Assembly: GCF_044704955.1 (NCBI RefSeq)
Contig: NC_091994.1
Coordinates: 43,152,001-43,216,000 of the forward strand
Direction: 5' to 3'
DNA length: 64,000 nt
Source: Pristiophorus japonicus
Lineage: Eukaryota
The notes beneath the pieces are model-generated. The model made no database searches and had not been told where the DNA came from. It saw nothing but the letters and a program-made list of their open reading frames with translations. Shown here piece by piece: positions 13,101 to 27,336 of the stretch. Each line of letters opens with the position of its first letter. The stretch's first letter is position 1. Made by a program: the position numbers and the translations under genes.

Positions 13101-13190
13101 CTCACAAAGACACCTCTGTTTCTTCTTAAGCCACAAGAACCACTCGAGACCAAGCTGTGTTGTACTGGAGTTTGGGTTGGGGTTTATATA
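13101..13190 (-). promoter_or_regulatory. TATA box and short non-coding first exon of gene A
   Basis: TATATAAA at 13190-13183 and a GTGAGT donor at 13100-13095. The same arrangement occurs in genes B and C. A non-coding first exon is typical of vertebrate cathepsin L/K genes. Confidence 0.7.
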
Positions 13191-14320
13191 TCCTTAAAAG
13201 TTGCAAAATAAACGAATTACCTCCTAAACTCCATTAATTAGTTTACGGGGCCTTAAGGCACAGCATTATCTTTGTTCCTTTTGATCTAAAATTATCTGCC
13301 ATCTGTTTGTTCCGAGGCTTCAACCATCATCACCCAAATCACACACAAATACTCCACGTGGTGTTAATAACATAGTCTTAAAAGATAAGGAGGTGATGCA
13401 AATGTGATTTTCATGATGCAGGTTGCTGGAAAATCCTATTTGTTTTGAGGATTGTTGGCTATGCATTTTGTCACAGTGCCTTCATCCCCCAGGAGTGTTT
13501 CCATGGCAATTACCCAATTTCCATTGCCTTCCGTAGGTGAGATATTTCAGTTAACAGGTGAGCATGGAATCATCCAATCACTGTGGGGCCCATAATGTGA
13601 TGACAGGCACCCGAAGCACCTCCACACCAGGACTGCATTGTCCGCCTATTCTGTGTAGCAGCACCTTAAATAGCTTTACCAAAATCTCTTCATGTCTCGT
13701 GATAAACATCTTCTTTTACAACATGTTTCTCATTTCGTTAAAAGAGATCTTCGCCAACCCATTTGCAATGTTGTGAGAACCAGTACATTTATCAGCTCGG
13801 AGTTGTTTATATTTCAAGGACTCTCTGTCCTGGAATTTCCTGCACATTTCCTGCACACTTATCGGGGCAAAAGGGAGTGCTGCACCTTCAGGGCTGCTGT
13901 CTGTCTGATGAGATGTTAAACCCAGCTCCCGTCTGCACTGGTTTATATAACTGCATGTCTTTCTTTCTTACAGAGTGAGCAGTAACATGAAACTCGAGCT
14001 GATTTTTGACTTCTCCAAACCAGGAACCGATTGTAGGACCTCAACTGATATCAAGTCTGTGCCAGTGTTTTGCTCCACATGAGCCACAATCAGGCTAATT
14101 CGACTCTCCTGCATGCTAGCTAACTCAGACAGCACCAGGGACCTGGAAAGGCATTCCTTTTTAAGAACGCCCTGACCATAGATTTTAATTCCAGCTTCTC
14201 CCAAACCCACAACCTTCAGCATCTAAAAGGACCAGGGGAGAAGTAGCATGGCAACACCATCGCCTCCATGTTCCCCTCCAAGTCACCCACCATTCTGACT
14301 TGGACATATATCGCCATTCC

Positions 14321-16620
14321 TTTTAAAAGCCAGCAAAGAACGATTAAAAACATAATAAAGAGAGGGAAGATAGATTATGAAAATAAACTGGCACAAAATA
14401 AAAAAACAGATAGTAAGATTTTCTACAGGTACATAAAAAGGAAAAGAGTGTCTAAAGTAAATGTTGGTGCCCAAGAGGATGAGACTGGGGGATTAATAAT
14501 GGGGAACAGGGAAATGACAGAGATGTTGAACAAATATTTTGTATCGGTCTTCACAGTAGAAGTCATTAAAAACATCCCAATAAGGGATAATCAAGGGTCT
14601 GTAGGGAGGGAGGAACACTACAATCATTATCACTAAAGAAGTAGTACACGGTAATATAATGGGACTAAAGGCAGAAAGGTCCCCTGGACCTGATGGCTTG
14701 TATCCTATGGTCTTAAAAAAGAAGTGGCTGCAGAGATAGTAGATACATTGTTTGTCATCTACCAAAATTCTCTGGATTCTGGGGAGGTCCCAGCGGATTG
14801 GAAAACTGCAAATGTATCGCCCTTATTTAAAAAAGGAGGTAGACCGAAAGCAGGAAACTATAGACCAGTTAGCCTAACATCTGTTTTTGCGAAAATGCTG
14901 GAGCCCATTATTAAGGAAGCAGTAACAGGACATTTGGAAAAGCATAATTCAATCAAGCAGAGTCAGCATAGTTTTATGAAAGGGATATCATGTTTGACAA
15001 ATTTGCTGGGGTTCTTTGAGGAGGTAACGAGGGAAGGGGGAACCAGTGGATGTGGTGTACTTGGATTTCCAGAAGGCATTCGATAAGGTGCCCCATAAAA
15101 GGTTATTGCACAAGATAAAAGTTCATGGGGTACAGCTTCGCTGGGCAGGCCACATAGTTCGTATGCCTGGCACGAGACGCCCTAAGCAAATGCTCTATGC
15201 AGAGCTCCTTCAGGCAAACGAGCCAAATGTGGGTAGCGGAAACGTTACAAGGACACCCTCAAAGCCGCCCTGATAAAGTGCGACATCATCACTGATACTT
15301 GGGAGTCCCTGGCCGATAGCCGCCCTAGGTGGAGATAGTGCTTCCGGGAGGGCGTTGAACTCTTCGAATCTCAACACCGAGAGCGTGAAGTGATCAAGCG
15401 CAGGCAGCGAAAGGAGCATATGGCAAACCACCCCTTCCCTCGACGAATGTCTGTCCCACCTGTGACAGAGTCTGTGGCTCTCGTATTGGACTGTTCAGCC
15501 ATCAAAGAACTAACTTCAGGAGTGGAAGCAAGTCTTCCTCGATTCCAAGGGTGATTATGATTATGATTAGCATGGATTGAGAATTGGCTAACAACAGAAA
15601 ATCGAGAGTTGGGATAAATAGGTAATTTTCCGGTTGCCATACAGTAATTAGTGGAGTGCTGCAGGGATCAGTGAAGGGGCCGCAACTATTTACAATCTAC
15701 ATTAATGACTTGGATGAAGGGACCGAGTGTAATGTAGCCAAGTTTGCTGATGATACAAAGATGGGTGGGAAAGCTAAGTGAGTGGGCAAAAATTTGGCAG
15801 ATGGAGTATATTGTAAGAAAATGTGAGGTTATCCACTTTGGCAGAAAAAATAGAAAAGCAGATTATAATTTAAATGGAGAAAAATTGCAAAGTGCTTCAG
15901 TACAGAGGGACCTGGGGGTCCTTGTGCATGAATCACAAAATGTTAGCATGCAGGTATAGCAAGTAATCAACTAGGCATATGGAATTTTGGCCTTTAATGC
16001 AAGGGGGATAGATTATAATAGCAAAGAAGTCCTGCTACAACTGTACAGGGTATTGGTGATGCCACACCTGGAGTACTACGTACAGTTTTGGTCTCTGTAT
16101 TTAAGGAAGAATATACTTGCATTGGAGGCTGTTCAGAGAAGGTTCACTAGGTTGATTCCGGAGATGAGGGGTTTAACTTATGAGGATAGGTTGAGTAGGT
16201 TGGGCCTATACACATTGGAGTTCAGAAGAATGAGAGGTGATCTTATTGAAACATATAAGATAATGAGGGGGCTCGACAAGATGGATGCAGAAAGGATATT
16301 TCCACTCATAGGGGAAACTAACATTAGGGGACATAGTCTTAGAATAAGGGGCCACCCATTTAAAACTGAGATGAGGAAAAATTAGGGTTGTAAATCTATG
16401 GAATTCCCTGCCCCAGAGAGCTGTGGAGGCTAGGTCATTGAATATATTTAAGGCGGAGGTAGACAGATTTTGAGCAATAAGGGAGTCAAGGGTTCTGGAG
16501 AGCAGGCAGGGAAGTGGAGCTGAGTCATAATCAGATCAGCCATGATCTTATTGAATGGCAGAGCAGGCTCGAGGGGCCAAATGACCTACTCCTGCTCCTA
16601 TTTGTTATGTTCTTATGTTC
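14321..16620 (+). mobile_element. CR1 LINE, 5'-truncated, frameshifted, interrupted by an RTE fragment
   Basis: RT motifs in ORFs 14724-15086, 15046-15273 and 15987-16385, with a TTATGTTCTTATGTT tail. Confidence 0.92.
15131..15568 (+). mobile_element. RTE-clade LINE 3' fragment nested in CR1
   Basis: QLRWAGHIVRMPGTRRPKQMLYAEL is an RTE-type C-terminal motif. It has a (TGATTA)n tail, and the CR1 sequence resumes immediately after. Confidence 0.8.
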
Positions 16621-16865
16621 AAAGTCAATTGTTGTAACATTGATTAATCCGCATGAGTAGGTATTTAGTTGGGAAAGGAAGTGCGAGTTAGGAGTGTACA
16701 TTTTGACTGAGATGATCAAACACTCCACATGACATGATGCAATGGTTCCTGTGCTACTTCGGCCGGAGTGTGTCTATCTGTGGAGGGCAGTTGCTCAGGT
16801 ACAAATGGTAAGAATAGACGATGTTGATCATGAGATAGATATCATCCTGTCTGTGGAAGCAGGTG

Positions 16866-17132
16866 GCAAAATTTAGCAGATGGAGTATAATGTGGAAAAA
16901 TGTGAGATTATCCACTTTGGTAGGAAAAATAAAAAAGCAAATTATTATTTAAATGGAGAGAGACTACAAAATGCTGTGGCACCGAAGGATCTGGGGGTCC
17001 TTGTACATGAAACACAAAAAGTTAGCATGCAGGTAGAGCAAGTAATTAGGAAGGCAAATGGAATGTTGGTCTTTATTGCAAGGTGAATGGCGTATAAACT
17101 ACTCCTGCTCCTATTTCTTATGTACTTATGTT
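16866..17132 (+). mobile_element. Internally deleted CR1 fragment
   Basis: ORF 16880-17086 (MEYNVEKCEIIHFGRKN) joins directly to the CR1 3' tail. Confidence 0.75.
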
Positions 17133-18840
17133 CTAGAAAACTGTCTCAAATGTATTCCATTAACTTATCCTCCAAGTTACTTATGCCAATTGATTTGTCC
17201 AGTCTATGTGAAGATTAAATTCCACCGCAATTATTGCAGTACTCTTGTACATGATTTATACACTGCCCAACACTATGAGTACAGTTAGAGGGTCTATAAA
17301 CAACTCCCACCAGTGTTTTCTGCCCTGTCATTTCTTAGCTTCACACCTACTGGTTCTACAGCCTGACTTTCTGGGCTAAGATCCTTCCTCACTTTTGCCT
17401 TTATTTCATCCTTTATTATTAGGGCATCCCCACCTCCTTTTCCATTTTGCCTATCTTTTCTAAAAGTAAAGTATCCTGGAATATTTAATTCCCAGCCTTG
17501 GTTACCCATTAACCACTAGTAGTACTGGCTACTAGATCAAACCAATTTAACTTTATTTGTGCCACTCATTCATCTACTCTGTTACGAATGCTCCGTGTAT
17601 TTGAATTTTAACGACTATTTTTCCCTGAAGTTGCCTTAGACGCTAATGCTCTAACACCGTTGTTAAACTCCTTTTCCCTTCCTGACACAAAGGCTGGAAT
17701 TTTAAGTTCTTGTCCCGCCTGTAGCTGGGGGAGGAGTGGCGGGTGGGGTCTCAGGAGAGCACGGAATACCCGGAAGTCCGGTTTTCCCGCGCGCTGTGGA
17801 CTTCTAACCCCACAGTGAGCGTGTGACATCACGGACAGGTTCCCCGCCTGGAAGTTAGCCTGATTGACAGTCTAGCTTCCCGTCTGGTGGGGAAGGCTGG
17901 ACAGGAGGATTGTGGGGGTTGGGCTTATCCCCGACCTGGGGGTAGGGGGTGTTGTACGGGCAGGGGGTGGGGGGGAGGCTCTGATGGTGGTGTAGTTTGC
18001 TGGGCCGGTACGAAGCACCCCAGCTCCTCCCGGCCCACATGGATTGCTCCCCGAGACTGTCCTCGCTTCACTGCAGCTTCTGGGAATCCCGGTGCCCGGG
18101 TACCCCGGCCAGCCACAGTTACACCTGCACAGCACGATCACTCAGAGGCTTCATTATAATATTGTAAGTGACAACCTGCTTCCTGGGAGTGGGTTGGCTG
18201 GCCCAACCCCCAATCCCGCTCCATTAAACACAGAGCTGGGGCGGATTGGGGTCGAGATTCACCTTTCTAATACTTTAACCTCCCACTTGACCCGAACCAA
18301 CCTGTTCCCCCAACCTGCTTGATTTTACTCAAATCGCTACTCTGCTCTACAGACTTGACTTGTCTCTTCAGACTTATAAATGCACCCTTACCTGAACCAG
18401 AACAGTATCTATTCCCCTGACTATACTCTCCCCTACCCCTACGACATTTCTTTTTGCTCGCCCCCACTTGAATGGCCTCCTGTACCACGGTGCTGTGACC
18501 ACTTTGCCCATCCTCTCTGCAGTCTTTGTTCCCATTCACACCGGTAGCAAGTACCTCTTACCTCCAGTCACATCCTCCTGTCCCTGACCACTAACTAAGT
18601 CTAAACCACCACCTAACCTAAGGGGTGTGACTGTCTCCTGGGTCACAATGTCTCGGTAACTCTCCCCCTCCCTGATGCATCTCAATGTCTGCACCTCGGA
18701 CTCCAGCTGAACAATTCTGAGCTGAAGTTCCTCGAGTTGCAGACATGTGCTGCAGACGTGGTTGCCTGGGATCCCGCTGCTCTCCACAAAGTCCCACATG
18801 CTGCCGATGCGACACACCTCCTGCACTGCCATTGCTATCT
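17133..18840 (-). mobile_element. 5' part of a CR1 LINE (ORF1 zinc-finger/leucine-zipper and start of the endonuclease), split by a GC-rich insertion at about 17690-18312
   Basis: ORF 18536-18832 (HVCSTCLQLEELQLRIVQLESEVQTL) resembles CR1 ORF1. ORF 17294-17509 (WELNIPGY..FRKDR...KGGG.AL) resembles the APE domain. Confidence 0.75.
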
Positions 18841-20149
18841 AACCTTGTTTTATATATTGAATGATTTCAAGTTTCATGTCACTTGGTTTACTTTTAGTTT
18901 TGTTAAAACTAATTAATTTAACTAGTTTAAATTATTAATTTTAAAACAAAAATTTAAATGTTTCCATTTTACACCACTCCCCAAGCTTAGGGTAAAATTA
19001 CCCTCATATGTTTCAATACATTACCCGCCATAATGAAGCTGATCCTTTTGGTTGATAATGGAAATTGGAAGATAATGAAGAACTCCCAAATATTGGTTTT
19101 GCATGTGTGACACATGGGAACACCATCAGCTCCAATTTCCCCTCCAAGTCACACAAGATCCTGACCTGGAATATATATCGCTGTGCTTGCACTGTCACTG
19201 GGTCATAATCTAACAGCTCTGTGGGGGCATCTTCCCCACACGGACTGCAGTGGGTGAAGAAGAACGCCCACCACCTTCTTCTGAGGGGCAACTAACGATG
19301 GGCAATAAATGCCGGCTTGACCAGCAACGCCCACATCCTGAAAATGAATTAAAAAATGCCCTCGGTATGTGAGTGAAGACAGGTAAAATACAAATAATAA
19401 AGGATTAGTAATTTTATCGTCGCGGAGAGGAAGATTTATTGGTTTGAGACCTCGCTTAAAACTTTATCCTGCAAACAATCGGCTGGGTAAATAAAATAGT
19501 CAGCAATAAAAATCCTGCACAATTAAAATGGTGGATAATGGAGGTTCCACAATACAGCTTTGAACATACAGAATGAAGACAGAAATAAATAAAATAAGCA
19601 ATAAATCTTAAAGCTTTCGGAGCAAGGATTTCTCATTAGCTTTCCTCTAACATGGAGCAGTGCTGCCACTCAGTGGCCATCTCTCAGATAGAACATTCAC
19701 TGATCAGCAGCTCTGATTTTATTAGAAAATCCCATAAAGAGACAATATTGGGGTGAATTCCTTTGGCGCTTCTGCGCCCCTTTAGTTTTGGCGGAAGTTT
19801 GGCAGCACAGCTGGAGAAGACCCGAGGAAATTCACCCTCAATTTTGTCTTCATCATATTCCCGGGTGACCCTTCATTTCTGACACCCCTCTAACACGTTT
19901 CTGTTTGACAAATAGAAGCTGCTTGTGAAAGGTGTCACCTGGCAGCACCTAATTATACTGCTGGCTCCACATCATTCTTTTGTAAGATAAAATGGAGCTG
20001 AATGTTTGCATGCTAACAAAATGGAGTCCGATTATGTGGTGTTTCTTCATATTTGAAGCACAGAATTAGCTGCACAATATCCCACCTGCCACTCCTTGTA
20101 AAACAGATATATTTTATAGCAGGACCATTTCACAATTCTTGAGATCCAT

Positions 20150-21010
20150 TTGCAGATGATACCAAACTAGGAAAGGCAGTAAAACTGGATGAGGCTGCTC
20201 AGATCTCATTAACTGAGTTGGGCAAAATATGTAAGTGGGCAGAACAGAGTCAGATGAAGTTTAATGCAGACAAGTGTAAAGTGCTGCATCAGAAGGAAAA
20301 ACAGAAGGAAAAGCAGAAGACACATGTACTCCATGAGTGACATTGAATTAGCTAAGGGTAATGGTAAAGCTGAATGAGACCTCGGAGTCTTAGTGGACCT
20401 AAACATGTCCAAGCTGTACAAGCAGCAATGAAGAAAGCCAATAGGATGTTGAACTAATTTGCCAAGACAATAGAATACAAGTCAGAGGAGGGAGCGATCA
20501 AACTTTATAGTGCTCTAGTCGGACTGCTCCGAGAAAATGTTGTCCAGTTCTGGTCGCCAAGAAAAAAGAGAAGCATTCAAATAATGGAAGCCGTGCAAAG
20601 CAGAGGCAGCTCCCTGAAGTTAGGGGCCTGAGTTATGAGGAAAGACTGGAGGTACTAGGGTTTTTAATATCCTGGAAAGCAGGCCTCTGACAGTTGACCT
20701 TCGAGAGGTAATTAACATTGTTGAGCGAATGGAAAAAGTAAACCGAGAATATTACCATGAATTAAATTCTGGGAGTAGATCAAAGGTCACAGGTTCAAAC
20801 TGGTAAAAGGTCATTTTAGGCCTGATATCTGGAAATTGTTTTTCACACAGAGAATTATCAATGGGCTTCCAGATAGAGTAGTGGAGGCAGAATCCCTGGA
20901 ATTGTGTAAGGAAAAATTGGATGCTACAAATGGATGGATTTTTGGGATTTTGCTGGATAGGTAATTTATGGTCGACTGAATGGCCTTCCTCATGTGCAAC
21001 TATCTCGCGA
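20150..21010 (+). mobile_element. Old degenerate CR1-type LINE 3' part
   Basis: It begins TTTGCAGATGATACCAAACTAGG (FADDTKL) and follows the CR1 C-terminal layout with many stops. Confidence 0.65.
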
Positions 21011-23010
21011 TCCTGTGAATTCACCTCCAATGGTGCAGCAGTGTTTGACACATCTCTTGGACCAAGCTTTTGGTCACTTGTGCAAATATCTCCTTATCTG
21101 GCTCGGTGTCAAATTATGTTTGATAATGTTTCCATGAATCGTCTTGGGATATTTCGATACATTTAAGGCGCTATATAAAAACAAGTTATTGTTGTCATAA
21201 AACATAGTTTTTCCGGCACATCTTAAAGGAGATGAGAGAGGTGCAATGGCGGAGAGGTTTAGGTAGGAATTCCATAGCTTAAGGCCGAGATGGCTGAAGG
21301 CACAGCCACCAAAGTTAGGCCGATGTAAATCAGGAATGTGCAAGAGGCCAGATTTGGAAGAAGTCAGTGTTCTCGGAGGATTGTAGGGCTGGAGGAGTTT
21401 GCAGAAATAGGGATGGGTGAGGACATGGAGGGATTTGAACACAAGGATGAGAATTTTAAAATTGAGGTGCACTGGATGCATGTGATGGCAATAAAAAATT
21501 TGCATAGAGCAGGTCGCCAACTTAGTTTTTCCACTTTATGTGATTGCAGTAATAGAAATCGGTCAGTGAAATCTAGGTTAGCCTCATCATCACAAATTAC
21601 CTCAGGTTCCTGGGCATTTGAATAAGTTTTACAGCCTGGAGTTCCATTCGCAAATTAAAAACGATATCAACATTATTATTAATAATGAGCATCACCGTTA
21701 TATTTAATTATGGCACATGGTAATTGATTTGTCATCAAAGAATTGCCTTTGTTATTCCATCCTTTATATTTAGATCAGGGAGAATCACACAGAGCTTTTG
21801 CTACCTGGGGCCCTATCATTAGTTTAAAAAAGCACAACTTTGATTTACACCGAGCTCAAAGCTGCAGGTGAATATCTTCAAACAGGACTGATTGATGGTG
21901 AATAAAAATAAATGAAGAACAATTAAATAACATTTTAAAAGTGAAACAGTTCACCTGCTCAGGAAGCAGGATAAAGAAATGAAAATCTGAATTGCAGTAA
22001 TTATCCAAAAGAGCTGTAAACAATTAACTCACGGGGCAGAGATATTTAATTGCAGACATCTTCCTGGGGATAAGGACAGGATAATCCAACCCCAGGCTTA
22101 GTGTGCAAAGGTTTAGATGATTCCCATGCCCAGGATCGAAGGGGCTGCATTAAGTTATTGCACCATGTTCCCATAGAACTATGAGATGCTATCAAACGGC
22201 AAGTTAGAATTCATGAAACACACATCTTTGTTACCCTCAGTCCATTCAGGAAGCCTGTGATCCGTAGTAATGGATAATCAGTGTAATTAGACGTTAGAAT
22301 TGGTTTAGTTATGGATGTCTGAGGCATTTTAACCCAGGGCATCAATCTCATCCTAGTGCCCATTTTTGATGCTTTTGGAAGCACGTAGGTTAAGAAGATT
22401 ATCGATAAATGGGCAAAGTGTCTCATCATGAAGTGTTAACCTTTCTTCTTCCCCAGTGTATTGGACCTGCTGTGTACTTCCAGCATGTTCTATTTTACCT
22501 GGCTAGATTAGATACTGCTATACAAGGTTCAGAGGCTTGAACACAATCAAAAGATGAAGTAACTTGTGTTATGGCCATGTAGGTTGAGGTGGGGTTGATG
22601 TCTGAGATGGTGATGGGAGATCTAGAGATGGAGGAGTTAGAAAGGATCCTGGAGATGGCAAAATCCCGTAAATACCTAAAAGGTCTGTGAAGGCTTGGAA
22701 TTGTAGCGATTCCTGGAGACACAGGTCAGACATCGAGATCTGATAACACACCGGAACAGCAGGATCATCTTGGACCAGAGAGGAGGATGGATTGTGAGGA
22801 CACAAGGGAGAGGTATCTTAAGGAGAAAAAGTGAATCGAAGATGAGTGTTGGAGGTACAGAGCAGATGGGAGGGTATGTCAGAGTGGGCAAGAAGAGGAA
22901 AATTGAGATGTTGACTCTAGACAAACACTAGTCCTATGATTGGATTATGTACTTCGCTCTGTCTGTGTTCTGTATGAGAAAGCATAAAAATCACAGCAAT
23001 TACAGAAGAA

Positions 23011-26000
23011 AACATGGAACGAGTCAATCGATAATGAGCCAGGCGACATTCAACAAGCTGTGGGATACTAAGGCTGTGAGGCCCAGGCTGAGTCCAGTCA
23101 ATGCCAAGTTGTGCACGTACACCAAAGAACTCATAACGGTGATTGGCAGTGCCACAATTAAAGTGGTGTATGACAGTGCAGTTCACGAGTTACCGCTATG
23201 GATTGTTCCAGGCAATGGCCCAACGCTGTTCCGCAGGAACTGGCTTAAAAAAATCAGATGCAATTGGAATGACATCAAGGCGTTGTCGTCAGAGAAAGAT
23301 ACATGTGCCCAAGTACTGAGCAAGTTCCCCTCACTGTTCGAACCAGGCATCGGCAACTTCACGGGAGCCAAGGTGCAGATCCATGTGGACTCGGATGCAA
23401 GACCCATCCATCATAAAGCTCGGGCAGTTCCGTATATGATGAGGGAGAAGGTCGAAATCGAACTGGACAGACTCCAGTGTGAAGGGATCATATCATCGGC
23501 TTAATTTAATGAATGGGCCAGCCCCATTGTTCCTGTGCTGAAAAGTGATGGCACAGTCAGAATCTGTGGCAACTACATGGCTACAATCAACAGGGTTTCG
23601 AAACAGGATCAGTACCCGTTACCGAAGGCTGATGACTAGCCTTTACAACACTAGCCGGGGGGAAGTTGTTCACCAAACTAGACTTGACGTCAGCCTACAT
23701 GATACAGGAGCTGGTTGAGACATTGAAGAGCCTTATGTGCATTAACACGCATAAAGGACTGTTTATTTATCACAGGTGCCCTTTTGAAATTCGCTCGGCG
23801 GCAGCAATATTTCAGAAGAACCGTCGTGTTCCAAGATGACATCCTGATCACAGGTCATGACTCCGAGGAACATCTGAACAACCTGGAAGAGGTTCTACAT
23901 TGTCTGGACAAAGTGGGACTCAGACTGAAACGCTCGAAATGTGTCTTCATGGCACCCGAGGTCGAATTCCTGGGGAGGACAATTGCTGCTGACGGCATCA
24001 GGCCCACGGACGCAAAAACTAAGGCCATCAAGAATGCACCCAAGCCGTAGAATGTGATGGAGCTGCATTCTTTCCTGGGTCTACTCAACCACTTCGGTAA
24101 CTTCCTACCTAAATTGAGCATCTTATAAGAACCACTGCACATGCTGCTAAGAAAAGGTGACAACTGGGTGTGAGGTGTGTCTCAAGACAGAGATTTTGAG
24201 AAAGCCACTAATCTGCTTTGCTCTAACAAGCTGCTGGTACATTATGACCCATGTAAACGTTGAGTATTGGCCTGTGATGCTTTGTCATATGGAATTAGTT
24301 GCGTATTCCAACAAACTAATGAGTCGGGTAAACTTCAATCAGTCGCGTATGCTTCAAAAAGTTTGTCCAAAGCGGAAAGAGTCGACAGTATTGTAGAGAA
24401 AGAAGCACTAGCTTGTGCGTATGGGGTCAAAAAGATGCCTCAGTACCTGTTTGGTCTTTGGTTTGAACTGGAGACAGATCACAAGCCGCTCATTTCACTG
24501 TTCTCTGAAAACAAAGGTATCAATACCAATGCTTCATCCCGCATCCAGAGGTGGGTGCTGAAATTATCCACTTACGATTATGTCATTCGCCATAGACCTG
24601 ACACCGAGATTTGTGCTGATGCTTTGAGCCGTCTGCCGTTGCCCACACCGGAGGTAGAAACGCCACAATTGGCGGACCTATTATTAGTTATGGATGCTTT
24701 TGAGAAGGAAGGAACCCCTGTCATGGCTGAACAAGTTAAGAACTGGACCAACCAGGACCTGATTTTATCGGTGGTGAAGAGTTGTATCCTCAAAGGTGAT
24801 TGGGCTGCCATACCCAAGCAAATGTGCGAGGAGACCAAACCTTACATTCGTTGCAAAGACGAACTGTCTATTCAGTCGGATTGTATACTGTGGGGCAATT
24901 GTGTTGTTATGCCCAAGAAAGGGAGAGAGAAATTTGTACGTGAGCTACATAGCACACATCCCGGCATTGTAATGATGAAAGCCATCGTGAGGTCTCATGT
25001 ATAGTGGCCGTGAATTGACTCTGAGCTGGAATCATGTGTGCATCAGTGCAACAATTACATGCAGCTCAGCAAAGTAACAGCGGAATCGCTGCTGAGTCTG
25101 TGGTCGTGGCTGTCTAAACCATGATGCAGGATCCACATAGACTTTGCAGGTCCCTTCCTGGGGAAAATGTTTTTAGTTGTGGTGGATGCATATTCGAAGT
25201 AGATAGCGTGTATAATCATCCAGCACATCCACAGTTACCATTGAGAATCTCAGTCATATTCGCGACACATGGTCTGCCTGACATCGTTGTTAGCGACAAC
25301 GGATCGTGCTTCACCAGTCAGGAGTTTCATGAGTTCATGAAACTCAATGGTATCAAACATGTAAGGTCAGCACCGTTCAAACCTGCATCCAATGGGCAAG
25401 TAGAACGTGATGTCCAAATCATAAAGCAGAGTATGAAGCGAGTAACCCAAGGGTCACTGCAGACCCACCTGTCATGCATACTGCTTAGTTACAGGACAAG
25501 ACCACACACGCTTACTGGGGTCTCGCTTGCTGAACTAATGATGAAGAGAAACCAAGCTATCTCTTGTACACCCTGACTTGAATAATCACGTTGAATATAG
25601 AAGACAAAGTCAGCAAGGATATCACGATCACGCAGCTGTATCACGCGATATTTCTGTAAATGATCCTGTATGTGTTCTGAATTATGGTCAAGGTTCCAAG
25701 TGGATCACTGGTACTGTCATGGCCAAGGAGGGCAACAGATTATTTATTGTCAAGCTCAAAAATGGGCAAACATGCAGGAAACATATGGATCAGACAAAGC
25801 TGCGGCACACAGACGAACCAGAAGTCGGAGGAAGAGACAATCGATGATCAACCAACCTACCCCCAATCATCAGAGGACTCAGTGGTCATCAATGAATCGG
25901 GACTTTCAATGACATGTTCAATGAAAATGGACTTTCAATGCCTGACATGGCCATTGCCACTCCCACCAGGTCAACCACCCAGCCACCAATCAAAACAGAC

Positions 26001-26310
26001 TCTGAACACTCACCCAAGGCTGGAGTTGAACTGAGACGGTCAACCTGGGGGTGTAAAACACCGGACCGTCTCAATTTGTAAAAGACTGTATTAATATCTC
26101 AGAGGGGGGTATTGTCATGTATGTACTTTTGGGATCACTAGATGGCGTCACTGTTGCAGGCCATTGGGTTGCACGCATGTGTGTGCAGCCCAAGTATAAA
26201 AGGCCAGCCATTTTGTATATTAGGCACTTTGGGCCTTAATAAAGCAGAGCCAAGGTCATACCTCTTGGAGTTAAACAGTACTCAGTCTAACAGTTATTCC
26301 ATACACAACA
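23011..26310 (+). mobile_element. Ty3/Gypsy LTR retrotransposon, 5'-truncated, degenerate pol with 3' LTR (26113-26310)
   Basis: The order is protease, RT (FQDDILI), RNase H (ACDA.SYG, ETDHKPL), integrase (GLPDIVVSDNG, PASNGQ.ER). A polypurine tract lies at 26101-26109. The LTR runs TGTCATG...CAACA with TATAAAA and AATAAA. Confidence 0.92.
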
Positions 26311-27125
26311 CTTGGCAATCCTTGTAATCTGCTGGAAGACAGATTGCTGGAATGGTGCAGCACCCTGCAAGCCTCTTTTAACATTAGTAAATCCAGCCAT
26401 GATGGCAGCAGTCTGTGTTTGTGTGGCAGCAAGCTGAGCCTTCATGACTTCAGTCTGAACTTCCAATGTAGCACTCAGACATTGGGTGGCTGTTGCTTGT
26501 GCTGCAAGAGAAACTGCGATATCAGCCATCAATCGCTGCATGATGGTTGGGTCCACAAGTTCGTAAATGGATCTGCCCATCTCTTCCACGCTGGAAAGGA
26601 TGGGCTCCCTGCTCTGCACAAAAACCTGTTCAATGTTGGTGCTGGACTCCTCCATGTTCTTTGACATTTCATTCAGGCTTTCTAGCAGGCCTGCCAATGC
26701 ACCAAGCATTTCATTGTACATATCCATCATTGTTCTTCTGTAGGCCACCCCATTAAAGTCCTCATCTCAGTCCTGTGCAGCAGAACTTGTGTGTGACCTC
26801 ACCTTCCGGCGAGCTGGCACCTGCGCTACCCTATTCCCCCTGACCAGCCTGCAGGTCACACATGCCTGGTGACTCACCACATGCACATCCTGTGTCTAAC
26901 CTATCCTCTAAAGCACATGGAGTATCTATATCTGAGCCGGAATGTGAAATCAAGTGATAGTGCTGTGCATTCTGTATCTCTCCGTTCTTCCTCTTATATT
27001 TCACGCTCCTCCAGATTGCAGTCCTTGGCTATCTGAGAGGAGAAAGGCACAAGGGTAAGGTTGTGCTGAGGGGAACGAAGGAAAGCAAGAGGGGCGTGCT
27101 CACACCATTTGCAGCTTTGTAAATC

Positions 27126-27336
27126 GTCGCCGAGAGCATGCAGAAATCAAGCGCAGGCAGCGGAAGGAGTGTGCGGCGAAGCAGGCTCCCCGCCCACCCT
27201 TTCCTTCAACCACTGTCTGTCCCACCTGTGACAGAGACTGTGGTTCTCGTATTGGACTGTACAGCCACCTAAGAACTCATGCTAAGAGTGGAAGCAAGTC
27301 TTCCTCGATTCCGAGGGACTGCCTATGATGATGATG
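27126..27336 (+). mobile_element. RTE-clade LINE 3' fragment with AAATC target-site duplication
   Basis: Similar to 15370-15560, with an (ATG)n tail. AAATC occurs at 27121-27125 and 27337-27341. Confidence 0.8.

Larger units (their letters stand above)
2925..14320 (-). repeat. Left arm of a large inverted segmental duplication (partner 36983-49846)
   Basis: Reverse-complement similarity can be followed through exons, introns and flanks. Mirrored ORFs appear in the track, e.g. 4932-5303/46257-46694, 8412-8669/42712-42969 and 13968-14222/37080-37373. Confidence 0.95.

Noticed and set aside
15046-15273. ORF appearing to fuse CR1 RT with an RTE C-terminus (possible chimeric retroelement)
   Set aside because: The CR1 sequence resumes after the RTE tail, so this is a nested insertion that happens to be in frame.
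19751-19837. Short element with inverted ends GGGTGAATT...AATTCACCC
   Set aside because: Probably a tiny MITE remnant. There is no clear TSD and it is too short to classify.
26287-26748. 153-aa coiled-coil-like ORF as a possible host gene or envelope protein
   Set aside because: It is antisense to the Gypsy elements, is cut by an LTR, and is best explained as the decayed last exon of a Harbinger-type Myb/SANT gene.
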